A DNA stretch of 64,000 nt from an uncultured Nitrospiraceae bacterium (GCA_963846575.1 CAWJWJ010000001.1:768001-832000), one strand, 5' to 3'. Counted from the first letter of the stretch, positions 28,766-38,852 are shown. Notes: generated by a model from the sequence alone, not told the origin. Made by a program: numbers and translations.

Positions 28766-29293
28766 TCACACCTTCAGGGCGTCCTTCACTTCTTTCGGCT
28801 GAGTGAGGAACACGCGTTTCTGCATGATGCGCTCTTGAAGCTTGAGAATGCCATCAAATAGGGCCTCTGGAGTCGGGGGACAGCCAGGCACATAAATATC
28901 CACCGGCACAAACCGGTCGACTCCTTGGACCACGCTATAACTGTCATAAATGTTGCCGGATGTGGCGCACGAGCCCATGGCAATCACATACTTCGGCTCC
29001 GGCATCTGGTCATAAATCTTGCGAATGACCGGAGCCATGCGTCGACAGACGGTACCGGCGACGATCATCAGATCGGATTGGCGCGGAGAGGCCCGAAACA
29101 CGCCCGCTCCATATCGATCCATGTCGTAACGGGAGGAAACTGCAGCGATCATTTCAATAGCGCAGCAGGCCAAACCAAATGTCATAGGCCATAAGGAACC
29201 CTTTCGAGCCCAGTTGACGGCCTTTTCAACGGTCAATGTAATGACATCGGGAGTTCCGTCCTTCTCGCGGCCTCCCAGCTGAATCAGTCCCAT
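28766..29293 (-). CDS. nuoB: NADH:quinone oxidoreductase subunit B
   Basis: [38 protein letters not shown]. Confidence 0.97.
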   Translation of the reverse strand: MGLIQLGGREKDGTPDVITLTVEKAVNWARKGSLWPMTFGLACCAIEMIAAVSSRYDMDRYGAGVFRASPRQSDLMIVAGTVCRRMAPVIRKIYDQMPEPKYVIAMGSCATSGNIYDSYSVVQGVDRFVPVDIYVPGCPPTPEALFDGILKLQERIMQKRVFLTQPKEVKDALKV

Positions 29294-29667
29294 TCCAAAG
29301 CTCCTTTTCGCCAGGCATAGACATAGGCGACGAGGAAGAGTCCGATGAAAACCAACATTTCCACAAGCCCGATCAGACCGATCTTGTTGAACACGATGGC
29401 CCAGGGATACAAGAAGATGACTTCCACATCGAAAATGACGAACAGCATGGCGAAGATATAGTACCGAACGGGAAAAGGCATGCGAGCATCAGAAAATGGT
29501 TCAGAGCCGCATTCATAGGTAGACAGTTTCTCAGGCTCCGGATACCTGGGCTGAACGAAATAGCTGATCAATAGGGTGCCTGCGCCAAATGCAAAGGCGA
29601 TGAATACGAAGAGCAGAATAGGAAAATATCGGCTCAGGTATTCTAATAGCAGCTCTGAACCAGCCAT
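29284..29667 (-). CDS. nuoA: NADH:quinone oxidoreductase subunit A
   Basis: [40 protein letters not shown]. Confidence 0.96.
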   Translation of the reverse strand: MAGSELLLEYLSRYFPILLFVFIAFAFGAGTLLISYFVQPRYPEPEKLSTYECGSEPFSDARMPFPVRYYIFAMLFVIFDVEVIFLYPWAIVFNKIGLIGLVEMLVFIGLFLVAYVYAWRKGALEWD

Positions 29668-29719
29668 GGACACGAACCTTAATAGGTTTGAGGGCTTATA
29701 AGCTAATAAGGAGGACGGA

Positions 29720-29749
29720 ATCTTAGCCCTTGGCCATTTTTAATAGCAA
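29720..29749 (-). promoter_or_regulatory. Candidate sigma70 promoter of the nuo operon, TTGCTA-N18-TAAGAT
   Basis: Partial consensus about 50 nt upstream of nuoA in an AT-rich stretch. Confidence 0.4.
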
Positions 29750-29821
29750 GCGCACAAAGGACCTAGGCCATCAGTCCCTAAAGTCCTAGAATGCGAATAC
29801 TGTCCGATAGTTAGGAGGTCA

Positions 29822-30119
29822 TCCGCATCTTGCCGGGGAGCCAATCCGAATAGCGGTATCGTGAGCCCTCACGCCGGCGATTAGCTGGAGTGCGGTTTAT
29901 TCGCGGATCGTGGCATCATTTTGTTGGGCGGGGTTCTCAACTCACTTGGTGGAGACCCGGCAGTGATATCCCATTCGGAGGCCAGGGGGGTTGCAGGCCG
30001 AACTTTGGTTCTGCGGGGCACTTGAGTATTGATTCGCCGCTTCTCCGTTCCCATGCCCTGACCTCTCTCAACGCCACTGCACCAAGGGTTTTGCTAATAC
30101 GGCTCACGGCAGGTGCAGA
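29822..30119 (-). ncRNA. Candidate structured non-coding RNA or long nuo leader (~300 nt), family unassigned
   Basis: Nested long-range complementarity found by eye (30101-30119 with 29822-29842; 30074-30086 with 29945-29966; 30056-30065 with 29978-29987); the 5' end coincides with a predicted promoter. Confidence 0.4.
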
Positions 30120-30123
30120 AGTT

Positions 30124-30153
30124 ACGATAGCACCCGCTGCCTGCATCAATCAA
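30124..30153 (-). promoter_or_regulatory. Candidate promoter TTGATT-N18-TATCGT with extended TGn
   Basis: Places a start site at about 30117-30119, the 5' end of the structured element. Confidence 0.45.
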
Positions 30154-30177
30154 ACGATCAGGCGGCCGTTCTGTTTC

Positions 30178-30205
30178 TTGACAACCTTCTGCTGTTTGAT
30201 AAGGT
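30178..30205 (+). promoter_or_regulatory. Sigma70-type promoter TTGACA-N16-TAAGGT with extended TGn
   Basis: Perfect -35 and extended -10 about 50 nt before the OmpA/MotB gene. Confidence 0.5.
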
Positions 30206-30253
30206 TGCTACAGGCAAACCCTCCCAGGTGTGATCACTATGAGGATATTACCC

Positions 30254-31798
30254 ATGCGCGCCAGTCTGATTATCCTATCTTGCAGCCTCGCGGCCACTAC
30301 GGCCATACCAACCTATGCTCAGAACGCTCAGAGCGTGCGGTTGGGTGAAGTCGCTTTGACCTTTGCCGCCGGGTCTATCAGGCAGGAGATGCCCTTGGAG
30401 GGAGTCGTCAATGTAATCACGGGGGATAATCAGACCTCCGGCAACCGAATGATGATCGGTTGGACGGGGACGGATACGCTATATCTCAAACTGAAAAATC
30501 CCGGTGACGCGGCCCTCGGCGATCTCTACACAGTCTACCGCCGCTCAAGTAAGGTGTTTCATCCCATCACTAAGCAGTACCTCGGGTATATCATCAACCG
30601 ACTGGGCGTAGTGGAAGTGATCCAATTGGATCCGAAGCTGGTTGGGGTGCGCGTCGTTCGATCTTACTCCCCGATTTCGCCTGGCGATGCGGTGATGCGG
30701 TTTACGCCGCCGGCTATGGAGCATGAGGTCGATACCGGTACGCCCGCAGGTGATGTCGAGGCGATGGTTATCGCATTGCAGGCCGACAAGAACATGTCAC
30801 TCGTATCTCAGGGAAATCTGGTCTACATCGACAGGGGACGAGCGGACGGTCTCCGCGCGGGTGATTTCCTGGAGGTGATTCGCACTGGTGGCGGCTTACC
30901 CGAGCGGAGGGTCGGCACTGTGAAAGTTCTCTCGACGGAGCCCCACACGGCCGCGACGGTGTTATCCCAAGCGACATCACGAGTGCTGGTTGGCGATCGA
31001 CTCCGGTCCAAAGCGGTATCTTTAATGGAGGCCATGTCGTCTGGAAGTGGGGACGCGAATGGTTCGTCAGCCCTTGTGCAGCGGGAGAAGGTAGCGAGTG
31101 TGGGAAGCGTGCCTCTTCCAGTAGATCCTCAATTCCTCAGCAACGTACGCATCGATCGCGCGCGTCGAGGGACGGTCATCAATCTGGATGACCTGGCGGA
31201 TCAGCTGGAGTATGAATCAGGAGAAGTGAAGGTGATGCCCGCGGGCATACCCATTCTCCAGCAGTTGACCGATTACTTAAAGGCGACGGCCCTCCATCAG
31301 CAGGTTCGAGTGGAAGGTCATTCTGACAATATGGAGATCGGTCCAACACTCAAGGGCCGGTTTCCCACCAATTGGGAGTTGTCCAAAGCGCGCGCGGCCG
31401 GTATCGTGCGATATCTCATCGAGAAGGGTGGCATGGACTCGGCCAAAATTTCTGCGGTTGGATATGGAGCCAGTCGCCCCGTCGCGAGCAATGCGACCGA
31501 TGAGGGCCGCAGGAAAAACCGCCGCATTGAGCTCGTCATCGAAACGTCTGAAGAGGTACCGACGGCACAGCCGGTGAGCACCCCTCTACCTGAGGAACGA
31601 TCCAACGCAGCGCAGGTGAGTTTTAACGAAACGGACGTGCAGCCGATTGATCAGGCAGGTTCGGCACCAACGCCCGCAACTTCGTTTGAACCTGCCGCTT
31701 CAGATGCACAGTTGGATCGTGGCGCTCCTCCTGCGGAAATGGCTCCACCCGGCGCGTCGACGGGAGCAGAGCCTACGACCGTTCAGCCTGGGTTATAG
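30254..31798 (+). CDS. Exported protein: FlgT-C-like beta domains + OmpA/MotB peptidoglycan-binding domain + Pro/Ala tail
   Basis: Signal peptide; VYIDRGRADGLRAGD; VRVEGHSDN...TNWELSKARA...GYGASRPVASN...KNRRIEL; GAGGA RBS. Confidence 0.85.
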   Translation: MRASLIILSCSLAATTAIPTYAQNAQSVRLGEVALTFAAGSIRQEMPLEGVVNVITGDNQTSGNRMMIGWTGTDTLYLKLKNPGDAALGDLYTVYRRSSKVFHPITKQYLGYIINRLGVVEVIQLDPKLVGVRVVRSYSPISPGDAVMRFTPPAMEHEVDTGTPAGDVEAMVIALQADKNMSLVSQGNLVYIDRGRADGLRAGDFLEVIRTGGGLPERRVGTVKVLSTEPHTAATVLSQATSRVLVGDRLRSKAVSLMEAMSSGSGDANGSSALVQREKVASVGSVPLPVDPQFLSNVRIDRARRGTVINLDDLADQLEYESGEVKVMPAGIPILQQLTDYLKATALHQQVRVEGHSDNMEIGPTLKGRFPTNWELSKARAAGIVRYLIEKGGMDSAKISAVGYGASRPVASNATDEGRRKNRRIELVIETSEEVPTAQPVSTPLPEERSNAAQVSFNETDVQPIDQAGSAPTPATSFEPAASDAQLDRGAPPAEMAPPGASTGAEPTTVQPGL

Positions 31799-31957
31799 AT
31801 AACCGCGTCGGCTGGATTCTCTCCCGGGATGCCGGTCGCCCGACAAGTCTTCTGTTTTCAGGGTTCGCTCAGAAGCCTTCCGCAGTGCGAGATGCCCTGA
31901 ACCTCTTTCCATCTAGTCCGTCATTGTTGCCCATATCCTGTGTTGCTAGAATAGTGG

Positions 31958-34336
31958 ATGCTCGACCAGCGTCCATCTGCGGCATCTACCGCTCCCGCTA
32001 CTCCCTCCCCAGTCTATGTCGACGTGGTCTTGCCACGCCGGCTACACCGCCCCTTTACCTATCTGATTCCGGCTGAGCTCAAAGGCAAAGTGGTGGTCGG
32101 AAAGTCTGTCATTGTGCCATTCGGTTCCCAAGATCTTCATGGCTTAGTCATTGCCGTGCATTCATTGCTACCGTACGGGGCGCCCGATCGTGGACTAAAA
32201 GCGATTCGTTCGCTCGCCGCCGAGTCTTCAGGACAAGACCTGACCTCCAAACAAGTAGAGTTGAGCCGGTGGGTGGCCGAACGGTATGCCGCACCATGGG
32301 GCCAATGTATCAAGCTGGTTTTCCCTCCGACCAGGCCTTGCGACCAGGCCAGGTTTCGGTATCTGCCGACGGAGCAGGGGTTGGCCTGTTTGTCCTCCCC
32401 CGCAGAATTAGGCGAGGTCGAAAGGCAATTGCTGCAGCGCCTCTTGCGCCGCCCTAAAGGCATCGCGGCGACTACCCTCATGCAGGCCGACAAAGCACGT
32501 GTCCTGCCGGCATTGGAGGGCTTGGTCAGCAAAGGATTGATTGTTTGCCAGAATGTCGAGGCCAATCCGCGAATCCCTCGCGCCAGCAAGGACATGCTTG
32601 TGAGGGAGGGGCAAGAACGTCCCCAGCAGGGAATGTATGATTTAGCGATATCCCTACCGTCTGAGGCGGCGGCCTGGCCCGCGACTGTGAGCCAGGCGTT
32701 ATCGGGTGGCTCCTATATGCCCCTGCTGCTCCAGACCGGGGTGGACACCAGACTATGGTGTCTGTTGCAGGCCGTGGAGGAGACGCAACGGCATGGCCGG
32801 CGCGTGTTGATCATCACGGGTGATGTGGAGAACGCGAGCCGTTTGGCTGATGCCCTCGCGTCCGCTGGCGAGCGCCCGTTGCTGGTGCATAGTGGCTTAT
32901 CCGAGAGGGACCGGGCGGCAGGCTGGACATCGATGCGGAATGCTTTGGTGAAGATCGTAGTGGGCACCCGCATGGCAGCCTTTGCGCCTATAGAGGGACT
33001 GGGTATGGTTTGGGTGGAGGGAGAAGACGACGACTCGCTGAAAGAGGAACAGGTGCCTCGCTATCATGCGCGTGAGGTGGCTCAGCGGCGCGCCCTCTGC
33101 GATCAAGCATTGCTGGTTCTGGCCTCAAGCCATCCCTCCCTGGAGACCCGGTTGGCAGTGCACAGAGGGGAGATGACATCCTGTATCTTCAGCAACCAGA
33201 CAGCCGCTCCCCGTGTGGAGGTGATTGATTTAAAGATACATGCCAGCGACTGCGGGGCGGGCATGGTGTTGTCGCCTCCCCTGTGCGATGGCCTTCGTGA
33301 AGCGATGCGGCAGAATGCTCTTGGGATTGTGTATCTGAACCGCAAAGGCTTTGCCACTGTTCTGCATTGTCGAGATTGCGGGGCGATGCCGAAGTGTGAG
33401 GCCTGTAGTGTCACGCTGACGTTTTTTAAACGCCAAAATCACATGCGGTGCCATTATTGCGGGCGAACCAAGTCCGTACCGGATCAGTGCAACCAGTGCC
33501 AGTCTCTAAAGCTAGAGCCGGTGGGATCGGGCACGGAACGAATTGAGGAGGCGGTCCGGCGAATGTTTCCGCAGGCGCGCGTTACGCGGGTGGATGGCGA
33601 TACGATCCGACGCCCGGCCGATGCGCGTGCGTTTGCCCGTCTGCTTGCAGGCGGCGACCTGGATATTGTGGTTGGCACGCAGATGTTGTTTCGGTTGGGT
33701 CTCCACGCACAGGCTGCATTTGTGGCCGTGCCGGACGCGGATGCCGGCCTCTATGTTTCTGATTTTCGATCGGCAGAGCGCATGTACCACAGCCTCATCG
33801 ATGCCGTGGCACTGGCTCGACCCGCTCATGCGGGAGGGGTCGCCATGGTACAGACCCGTTTCACGGATCACCATGCGATAGGGGCCTTGGTTCAAGGTGA
33901 TGATGCGCTCTTTGTGGAAGCGGAGCTAGTGTTTCGGCAGATGCTCCACTATCCGCCTTACGCGCATCTCGTGAGACTGGATGTGTCCGGGACGCTTGAA
34001 CCAGTGGTGGCGGAGGCAGCCAGTCGGTGGGCGGGATTGTTACGGACGGAGGTCGCCAGGCTACCGGTATCACAATCGAATCAAGGCCCGTTGTCGGTTC
34101 TTCCTCGGGGTGTGTCTGGTATAGGCGCAGAGGAGCAGCAGACCATGATTCTTGGACCTTCACCGGCGCCCCACGCCAGGGCGAGAGGTCGGCACTGTTG
34201 GCAAATCCTGTTGAAGACTCTGGCGCCTGAGACAGGAACGGAGTTGGCCATTCGAACTCTGGAGGCGATCGAGCGGGGATCGCGACGCGGCGCGCTTCGG
34301 TTCGATATCGATGTAGATCCGGTCAGTATGGGGTGA
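31958..34336 (+). CDS. priA: Primosomal protein N' (PriA) homolog with degenerate helicase/ATPase motifs
   Basis: N-terminal FTYLIP...VIVPFG 3'-binding domain, LNRKGFA, four CxxC pairs, GSGTERIEE, DFRSAER, YPPY, terminal IDVDP. Confidence 0.88.
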   Translation: MLDQRPSAASTAPATPSPVYVDVVLPRRLHRPFTYLIPAELKGKVVVGKSVIVPFGSQDLHGLVIAVHSLLPYGAPDRGLKAIRSLAAESSGQDLTSKQVELSRWVAERYAAPWGQCIKLVFPPTRPCDQARFRYLPTEQGLACLSSPAELGEVERQLLQRLLRRPKGIAATTLMQADKARVLPALEGLVSKGLIVCQNVEANPRIPRASKDMLVREGQERPQQGMYDLAISLPSEAAAWPATVSQALSGGSYMPLLLQTGVDTRLWCLLQAVEETQRHGRRVLIITGDVENASRLADALASAGERPLLVHSGLSERDRAAGWTSMRNALVKIVVGTRMAAFAPIEGLGMVWVEGEDDDSLKEEQVPRYHAREVAQRRALCDQALLVLASSHPSLETRLAVHRGEMTSCIFSNQTAAPRVEVIDLKIHASDCGAGMVLSPPLCDGLREAMRQNALGIVYLNRKGFATVLHCRDCGAMPKCEACSVTLTFFKRQNHMRCHYCGRTKSVPDQCNQCQSLKLEPVGSGTERIEEAVRRMFPQARVTRVDGDTIRRPADARAFARLLAGGDLDIVVGTQMLFRLGLHAQAAFVAVPDADAGLYVSDFRSAERMYHSLIDAVALARPAHAGGVAMVQTRFTDHHAIGALVQGDDALFVEAELVFRQMLHYPPYAHLVRLDVSGTLEPVVAEAASRWAGLLRTEVARLPVSQSNQGPLSVLPRGVSGIGAEEQQTMILGPSPAPHARARGRHCWQILLKTLAPETGTELAIRTLEAIERGSRRGALRFDIDVDPVSMG

Positions 34337-34342
34337 TGCGCA

Positions 34343-34789
34343 TCACCCGCGTGCCCGTTTTCCTTTTTTCCCTACCGTACCGGATGGCGTGCTTAAGGGA
34401 GGAGCAGGCGGCGTGTTCCGTTCCCGCACACGTTTGAACAGCCCGAAGGCAAAAGTCACCCAAAAGACCGATGAGAACAGGCCAAAGAGAACGGCGTTCA
34501 GAATCGTTCCCATCTGCTCTTCAGTAGGCTCACTTCCTCCCATGCGGATTTGAATCATGGTTACGATGGGCCACGTCATGCTCTCAATTCCAAGCGTTAA
34601 GGTCGTCCAGGCCCAGATCGCTCCGATGCCTCGCCCCTGCCACCAGAGGAAGGTGGTTGCGCCAGCGGCAAAGATAAGCGTCCAGATCGAGGACAGCTGC
34701 TCCCACATCAGGGATGCCCCGACCGCGACTACGAGCCCGCCGAGCAGCGCATGTAATTGCGGAGTCCACCACATCATGTCCGATTCCAC
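34343..34789 (-). CDS. Hypothetical membrane protein (about 4 TM)
   Basis: Hydrophobic helices and a basic C-terminus; start may be 34777. Confidence 0.7.
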   Translation of the reverse strand: MESDMMWWTPQLHALLGGLVVAVGASLMWEQLSSIWTLIFAAGATTFLWWQGRGIGAIWAWTTLTLGIESMTWPIVTMIQIRMGGSEPTEEQMGTILNAVLFGLFSSVFWVTFAFGLFKRVRERNTPPAPPLSTPSGTVGKKGKRARG

Positions 34790-34903
34790 TCTTTCCGGTG
34801 AACGGGCAAGTAAAAGGGTGTCAGTGTGCGGATCGGTCGGCAGGAAGTCAATGCGATGCTTGCGCGGAGCGATGGCTAGGCACTGATACGGGTGGCTGGG
34901 TGG

Positions 34904-35275
34904 TCAACGGGCAATCTCGGTCTGAACGGCGTCCAAGAGTTGTTGCATCTCGAACGGCTTTTGAAGCGTGCGACGAGCCCCCAGCATGCGGGCCACGTCC
35001 AGAAAGTTCAGAATCCCGATCATGTCGCTGCCGCCCGTGATGGCCATAATCCTCGCTTCCGGAAATTCTCGACGCAACGTCAAAATGCTCTCGAGGCCGT
35101 CTTGGTCGGGCATCAGGATGTCCATGATGACCAGATCTGCGGGCGATTGCCGGTACCAAGCGAGGCCTTGCTTGCCGTCAGCCGCTTCCTGGACGTGATA
35201 ACCGGCCTGCTCCAGCGTTTCTCTAATGAGGCGGCGTATCGCCTCTTCGTCGTCCACGACTAAGACCGATGGCAT
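34904..35275 (-). CDS. Single-domain response regulator receiver
   Basis: VLVVDDE, VIMDILMPDQDG, AITGG, LQKPF; GAGGAG RBS. Confidence 0.93.
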   Translation of the reverse strand: MPSVLVVDDEEAIRRLIRETLEQAGYHVQEAADGKQGLAWYRQSPADLVIMDILMPDQDGLESILTLRREFPEARIMAITGGSDMIGILNFLDVARMLGARRTLQKPFEMQQLLDAVQTEIAR

Positions 35276-35383
35276 AACGCTCCTCGCAGAAGTCCACTAC
35301 TGTAAGAAATCGACATGTGTGCGCGCTAGGTAATGAGATGAGAAATGTAGGTATGTGAGTAGCGTCTCACCGTCCCTTTGAAT

Positions 35384-36991
35384 TTACCGCTCCTTGTCTC
35401 GCTCGGCAAGGAATTCCTTCCGCTCCGTAACGGGGGAAATTCCTTCTCGGGCCGGTTCATTCGCAACCGCTGTTTCGGGGTTGGAAATCGCGGGTAGGTA
35501 CACCTCGATGGTGGTGCCCTGTGCCACCGTACTGGTGGCGCGGAAAGTTCCGCCATGCTCGCTCACAATATTTTGAACCTCAGAGAATCCGACGAGGGGT
35601 CCATCTCCTCCGGTGCTAGGAATCAAGAATGGATCGACATGATGCGGAAGAACATCAGAACTATGCCCCTCACCCGTATCAGAGACCGTCAGGCGCACAT
35701 AGTGACCGGGCGGGAGCGGCAGATCATGATCGTTACCGGGAGCGGCGAGGTGAATGTTGTCCAAATGCACCTCGAGAATTCCACCGGTCGTGCTCATGAC
35801 CTGTTCGGAATGCGCTAAGAGGCTGACACAAACCTGGTGAATCTGGGTTGGATCGGCGTGTATGGGTTTCGTCGCTCCAGATATCCATTCTCGAAGGGTA
35901 ATGTTGTCGGGTAACCGGCCTCTCAAAATACGGAGAGTTTCTTTCAGCAGGATGTCCAGGGAAATAGGCTGTTTTGTGTGGTTTCCCTGGCGGCCGAACA
36001 GGAGCATTTGAGTGACCAAGTCACGGGCCCGTTTTGAAGCGAGCACGACTTGTTGCAAGTGCCCGTGGGCACGGCTGTCCGGCGCGAGGAGGGGGAGAGT
36101 CAAATCTGAAAACCCCATGATGGCGGTGAGACAATTGTTGAATTCATGGGCAATGCCGCCCGCCAGTGTCGCCATGGCCGCTGTTTTTTTTGCCTGCCGT
36201 AGTTGGGCGGATGTCTGGTTCTTGGCAGTGACATCGGTGAGGACCACTTGTACCGCGGCCTGTCCGTCAAACAAGATTGGCGCGGAGATCATCTCCACGT
36301 CGACATGGGATCCGTCGGGTCGCACAAACTGTCGTTCGGTGGGAGCCGTTGGCGTGGAGGCGCTGGGATGTTCCGACGACGTCAACCCTCGGATGAATTC
36401 TTCTGAGAAACATTCGGAGAGAGGGCGTCCCTCAAGGTCATGAGCCGAGCTCATTCCGAAGAGTCGGACGCCGGCTTGGTTAAGAAACAACAGGGCTCCC
36501 TCGGCGTGAACCAGGATGGCATGAGGGGACAGGAGAATTAGGCTACGGTACCGTTCTTCGCTCGCGTGCAGGGCTTCCATGGCCAATTGTCGCGGGGTGA
36601 CATCACGGACCATACCCACGTATCCGGTCGAGGTATCTCCGTTGGTTCGCAGGGGGAAGGCTTCCGCCATGACCCAGCGGATTGAGCCGTCTGGACGTTG
36701 AAACCGGAATTCCCGTGCGAAGCTGCGATGGTCGGCGACGGCTCCTGCCCATTCGGCGCTGATGACGTCATAATCGTCCGGAGAGAGAGCATTGATCCAG
36801 GATTCACCCGCGGTGGGTGTGGCTGGAAGTCCGGCCATGCGGCGCAGTCGGTCGTTGATATATAAGGTGTGGCCTTCGGGGTCAGACAGGAAGATGCCGA
36901 TCGACGCTTCGCCCGAGAGCGTACGAATAAACGCTTCGATCGCCGATTGTCCGGCAGGGGGAAAGGCCGCTATGAGTTCCCGTGAACTCAC
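35384..36991 (-). CDS. Cytoplasmic PAS-PAS histidine-kinase-like protein with degenerate ATP-binding domain
   Basis: Two PAS/PAC units (EFRFQRPDGSIRWV; FVRPDGSHVDVE); H-box IAHEFNN; N, F and G2 boxes eroded. Confidence 0.85.
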   Translation of the reverse strand: MSSRELIAAFPPAGQSAIEAFIRTLSGEASIGIFLSDPEGHTLYINDRLRRMAGLPATPTAGESWINALSPDDYDVISAEWAGAVADHRSFAREFRFQRPDGSIRWVMAEAFPLRTNGDTSTGYVGMVRDVTPRQLAMEALHASEERYRSLILLSPHAILVHAEGALLFLNQAGVRLFGMSSAHDLEGRPLSECFSEEFIRGLTSSEHPSASTPTAPTERQFVRPDGSHVDVEMISAPILFDGQAAVQVVLTDVTAKNQTSAQLRQAKKTAAMATLAGGIAHEFNNCLTAIMGFSDLTLPLLAPDSRAHGHLQQVVLASKRARDLVTQMLLFGRQGNHTKQPISLDILLKETLRILRGRLPDNITLREWISGATKPIHADPTQIHQVCVSLLAHSEQVMSTTGGILEVHLDNIHLAAPGNDHDLPLPPGHYVRLTVSDTGEGHSSDVLPHHVDPFLIPSTGGDGPLVGFSEVQNIVSEHGGTFRATSTVAQGTTIEVYLPAISNPETAVANEPAREGISPVTERKEFLAERDKER

Positions 36992-37412
36992 GCGCCTGTT
37001 CTCACAGTCTTACGGCCGTGTTGATTCATCGAACAGAGTCTCCAGACTTGTCATGGCGGAACGAGACGCGAGACTGCATATTACCATTATGGCCTCAGAG
37101 GCCGGTAGAGAAGATTGACAATTTGCATGGTAATTGGGATCTGGCTGGATAGGGCCGTTTGTCTGTGAGCACCGGCCGTGGTCGTTGCGATTTGAATCGT
37201 ACGCACGCTCCCCTACAGCTTATAGGGCTGAGCGCTGTTCACTCTATGTTCACTATCCAGGGAGGAAGACGTATTCGGAATCAGATCGGTCGCCCGACAA
37301 GGTTGGACCCAGCCCGCGATGTACAACATATCAGAAAGGACCAGCTGTCAGGAGCGAGGTGTGATGACGCGCCCCCGGTGAAATTGCGCGCACCAGATGA
37401 GGATTGAGATTC

Positions 37413-37431
37413 GTGCCGGAGGCGGGAGTCG
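37413..37431 (-). repeat. Imperfect copy (16/19) of the tRNA-Leu 3' end; possible att remnant
   Basis: GTGCCGGAGGCGGGAGTCG versus GTGCCGAAGGCGGGACTTG at 42360-42378, same orientation. Confidence 0.45.
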
Positions 37432-38852
37432 GCGCCCTTCACGCCTGGTGTTTGTCTCCTGCCGCACCGTCCCGTATGTCACACCTTTTGCCCTATCCTT
37501 CCTGTTATCTCGGATGGTCTGTAGTGGGTAGTTCGTTGGCCTATCGCTAGCCTATGAGGGCAATGGGCGCTTTGCTCCCCCTGATTTTCTGACCCGCTTC
37601 TGGCCCTTGTTCTCACCATCGTCTCTTCCGCGGCACGCAGTATGATGCCGGAAGCATGAAACGACGAAAACTCATCACTCTCACAAGGCGCTATGGAACC
37701 CACGAGGCCCTTTTTAAAAGGCGAAGGCACTTGCGGGAATTGGTGTGGGAAGACTTCCTGACGGTAAGACGGGTCAGCAGTAGTGTTCTGATGGGTATTG
37801 TTCAGGGGCAACGCGTGAGCCATCCGGGTGAAAGCTTGAGTCAGCATCGATGGTTACCAGCTCGCCGGACAGGCTCTTCTGCATAGAGCGTGAGGGTTGG
37901 TATCGATGGAGATGCTCGTAAAGCCTGTGCAGGCGCACTCTCCATGAGGCCGCCAGTCGAGTTTTCCTCTATTGAGACGAGAAGATTGAACTTCATGTGA
38001 GGGAAGACCCGATGGAAGTGAAGCAGAATTGTCGCGAAGTAGGGCAGCCAAGGCCGAAGTCTTTGTCAGACTGCGCGATCGAGCATTATTGGAAAGTACG
38101 AATATCATGAGAATTTCAAAAAACAATCGCGCACGTTGCTCCTGCGCAGGAATGAGGCGTTAGACGAGGCGGTGGGCACTTCTTGGCGAGGTTCGGGTCC
38201 ATTTCGCACCAATTTACCAGCTCGGAGCTCAGGGGTAAAAGGGAAAATCTTTTAGCATAGACTTCCGACTCGTAGTAGATAGTGGTAGGGCAACCTCCAA
38301 ACCTCACTCCAGAGACTGTTGGAGTGGGGAGTTTTTCATAGGGTCAATTGGTCCGAGCTGTAAAAGGAGTGGCCCCTAGGCAACATTCCAGGTATAGGGT
38401 CGCAGGCTCTCGTGGTTCGTATGTTATCCTTTGAAGGCAATGAGCTCAGCGACGCGGGTTTCGCGCCGGCATGGAACCGGCCGGACCTGAGTGAGTGACT
38501 CTTCGGGTCACAGGGAATCCAGCCTTTTCGCGACATGACCAAGGATGTTTGGATCACTGACACGAACACCAGATGACAATGGCTCATCCTGATCAACTTG
38601 TGCCGCGAAGTGCCTTATCCCGATATCACCCGAAGCTCAGGGCGATCCCCTACCGTGCAGACGTTGGGAGCAGCTAAGTTTTTAGGGGCCGACCTAGCGT
38701 TCCTGAAGCGGGTGAGTAGGAAGGACCTATTGACGGCTGTTCAGACGAAGCTGCGCAATGTATACCGCTAAGACAAGTTGGGCGTGCCCTTTCCCGGCAT
38801 CGCGTGAGGACCGCCAATCCATGGCAGTCAATGGTAGCTACGAGGACAGCGC

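Noticed and set aside
29947..29960. tmRNA/tRNA-like 3' end (TCTCCACCA on the minus strand)
   Set aside because: No T-loop or matching acceptor stem; SRP, RNase P and cobalamin-riboswitch core motifs are also absent
29890..30348. ORFs in the nuoA-ompA intergenic region
   Set aside because: No RBS or recognisable domain, and they overlap promoter signals
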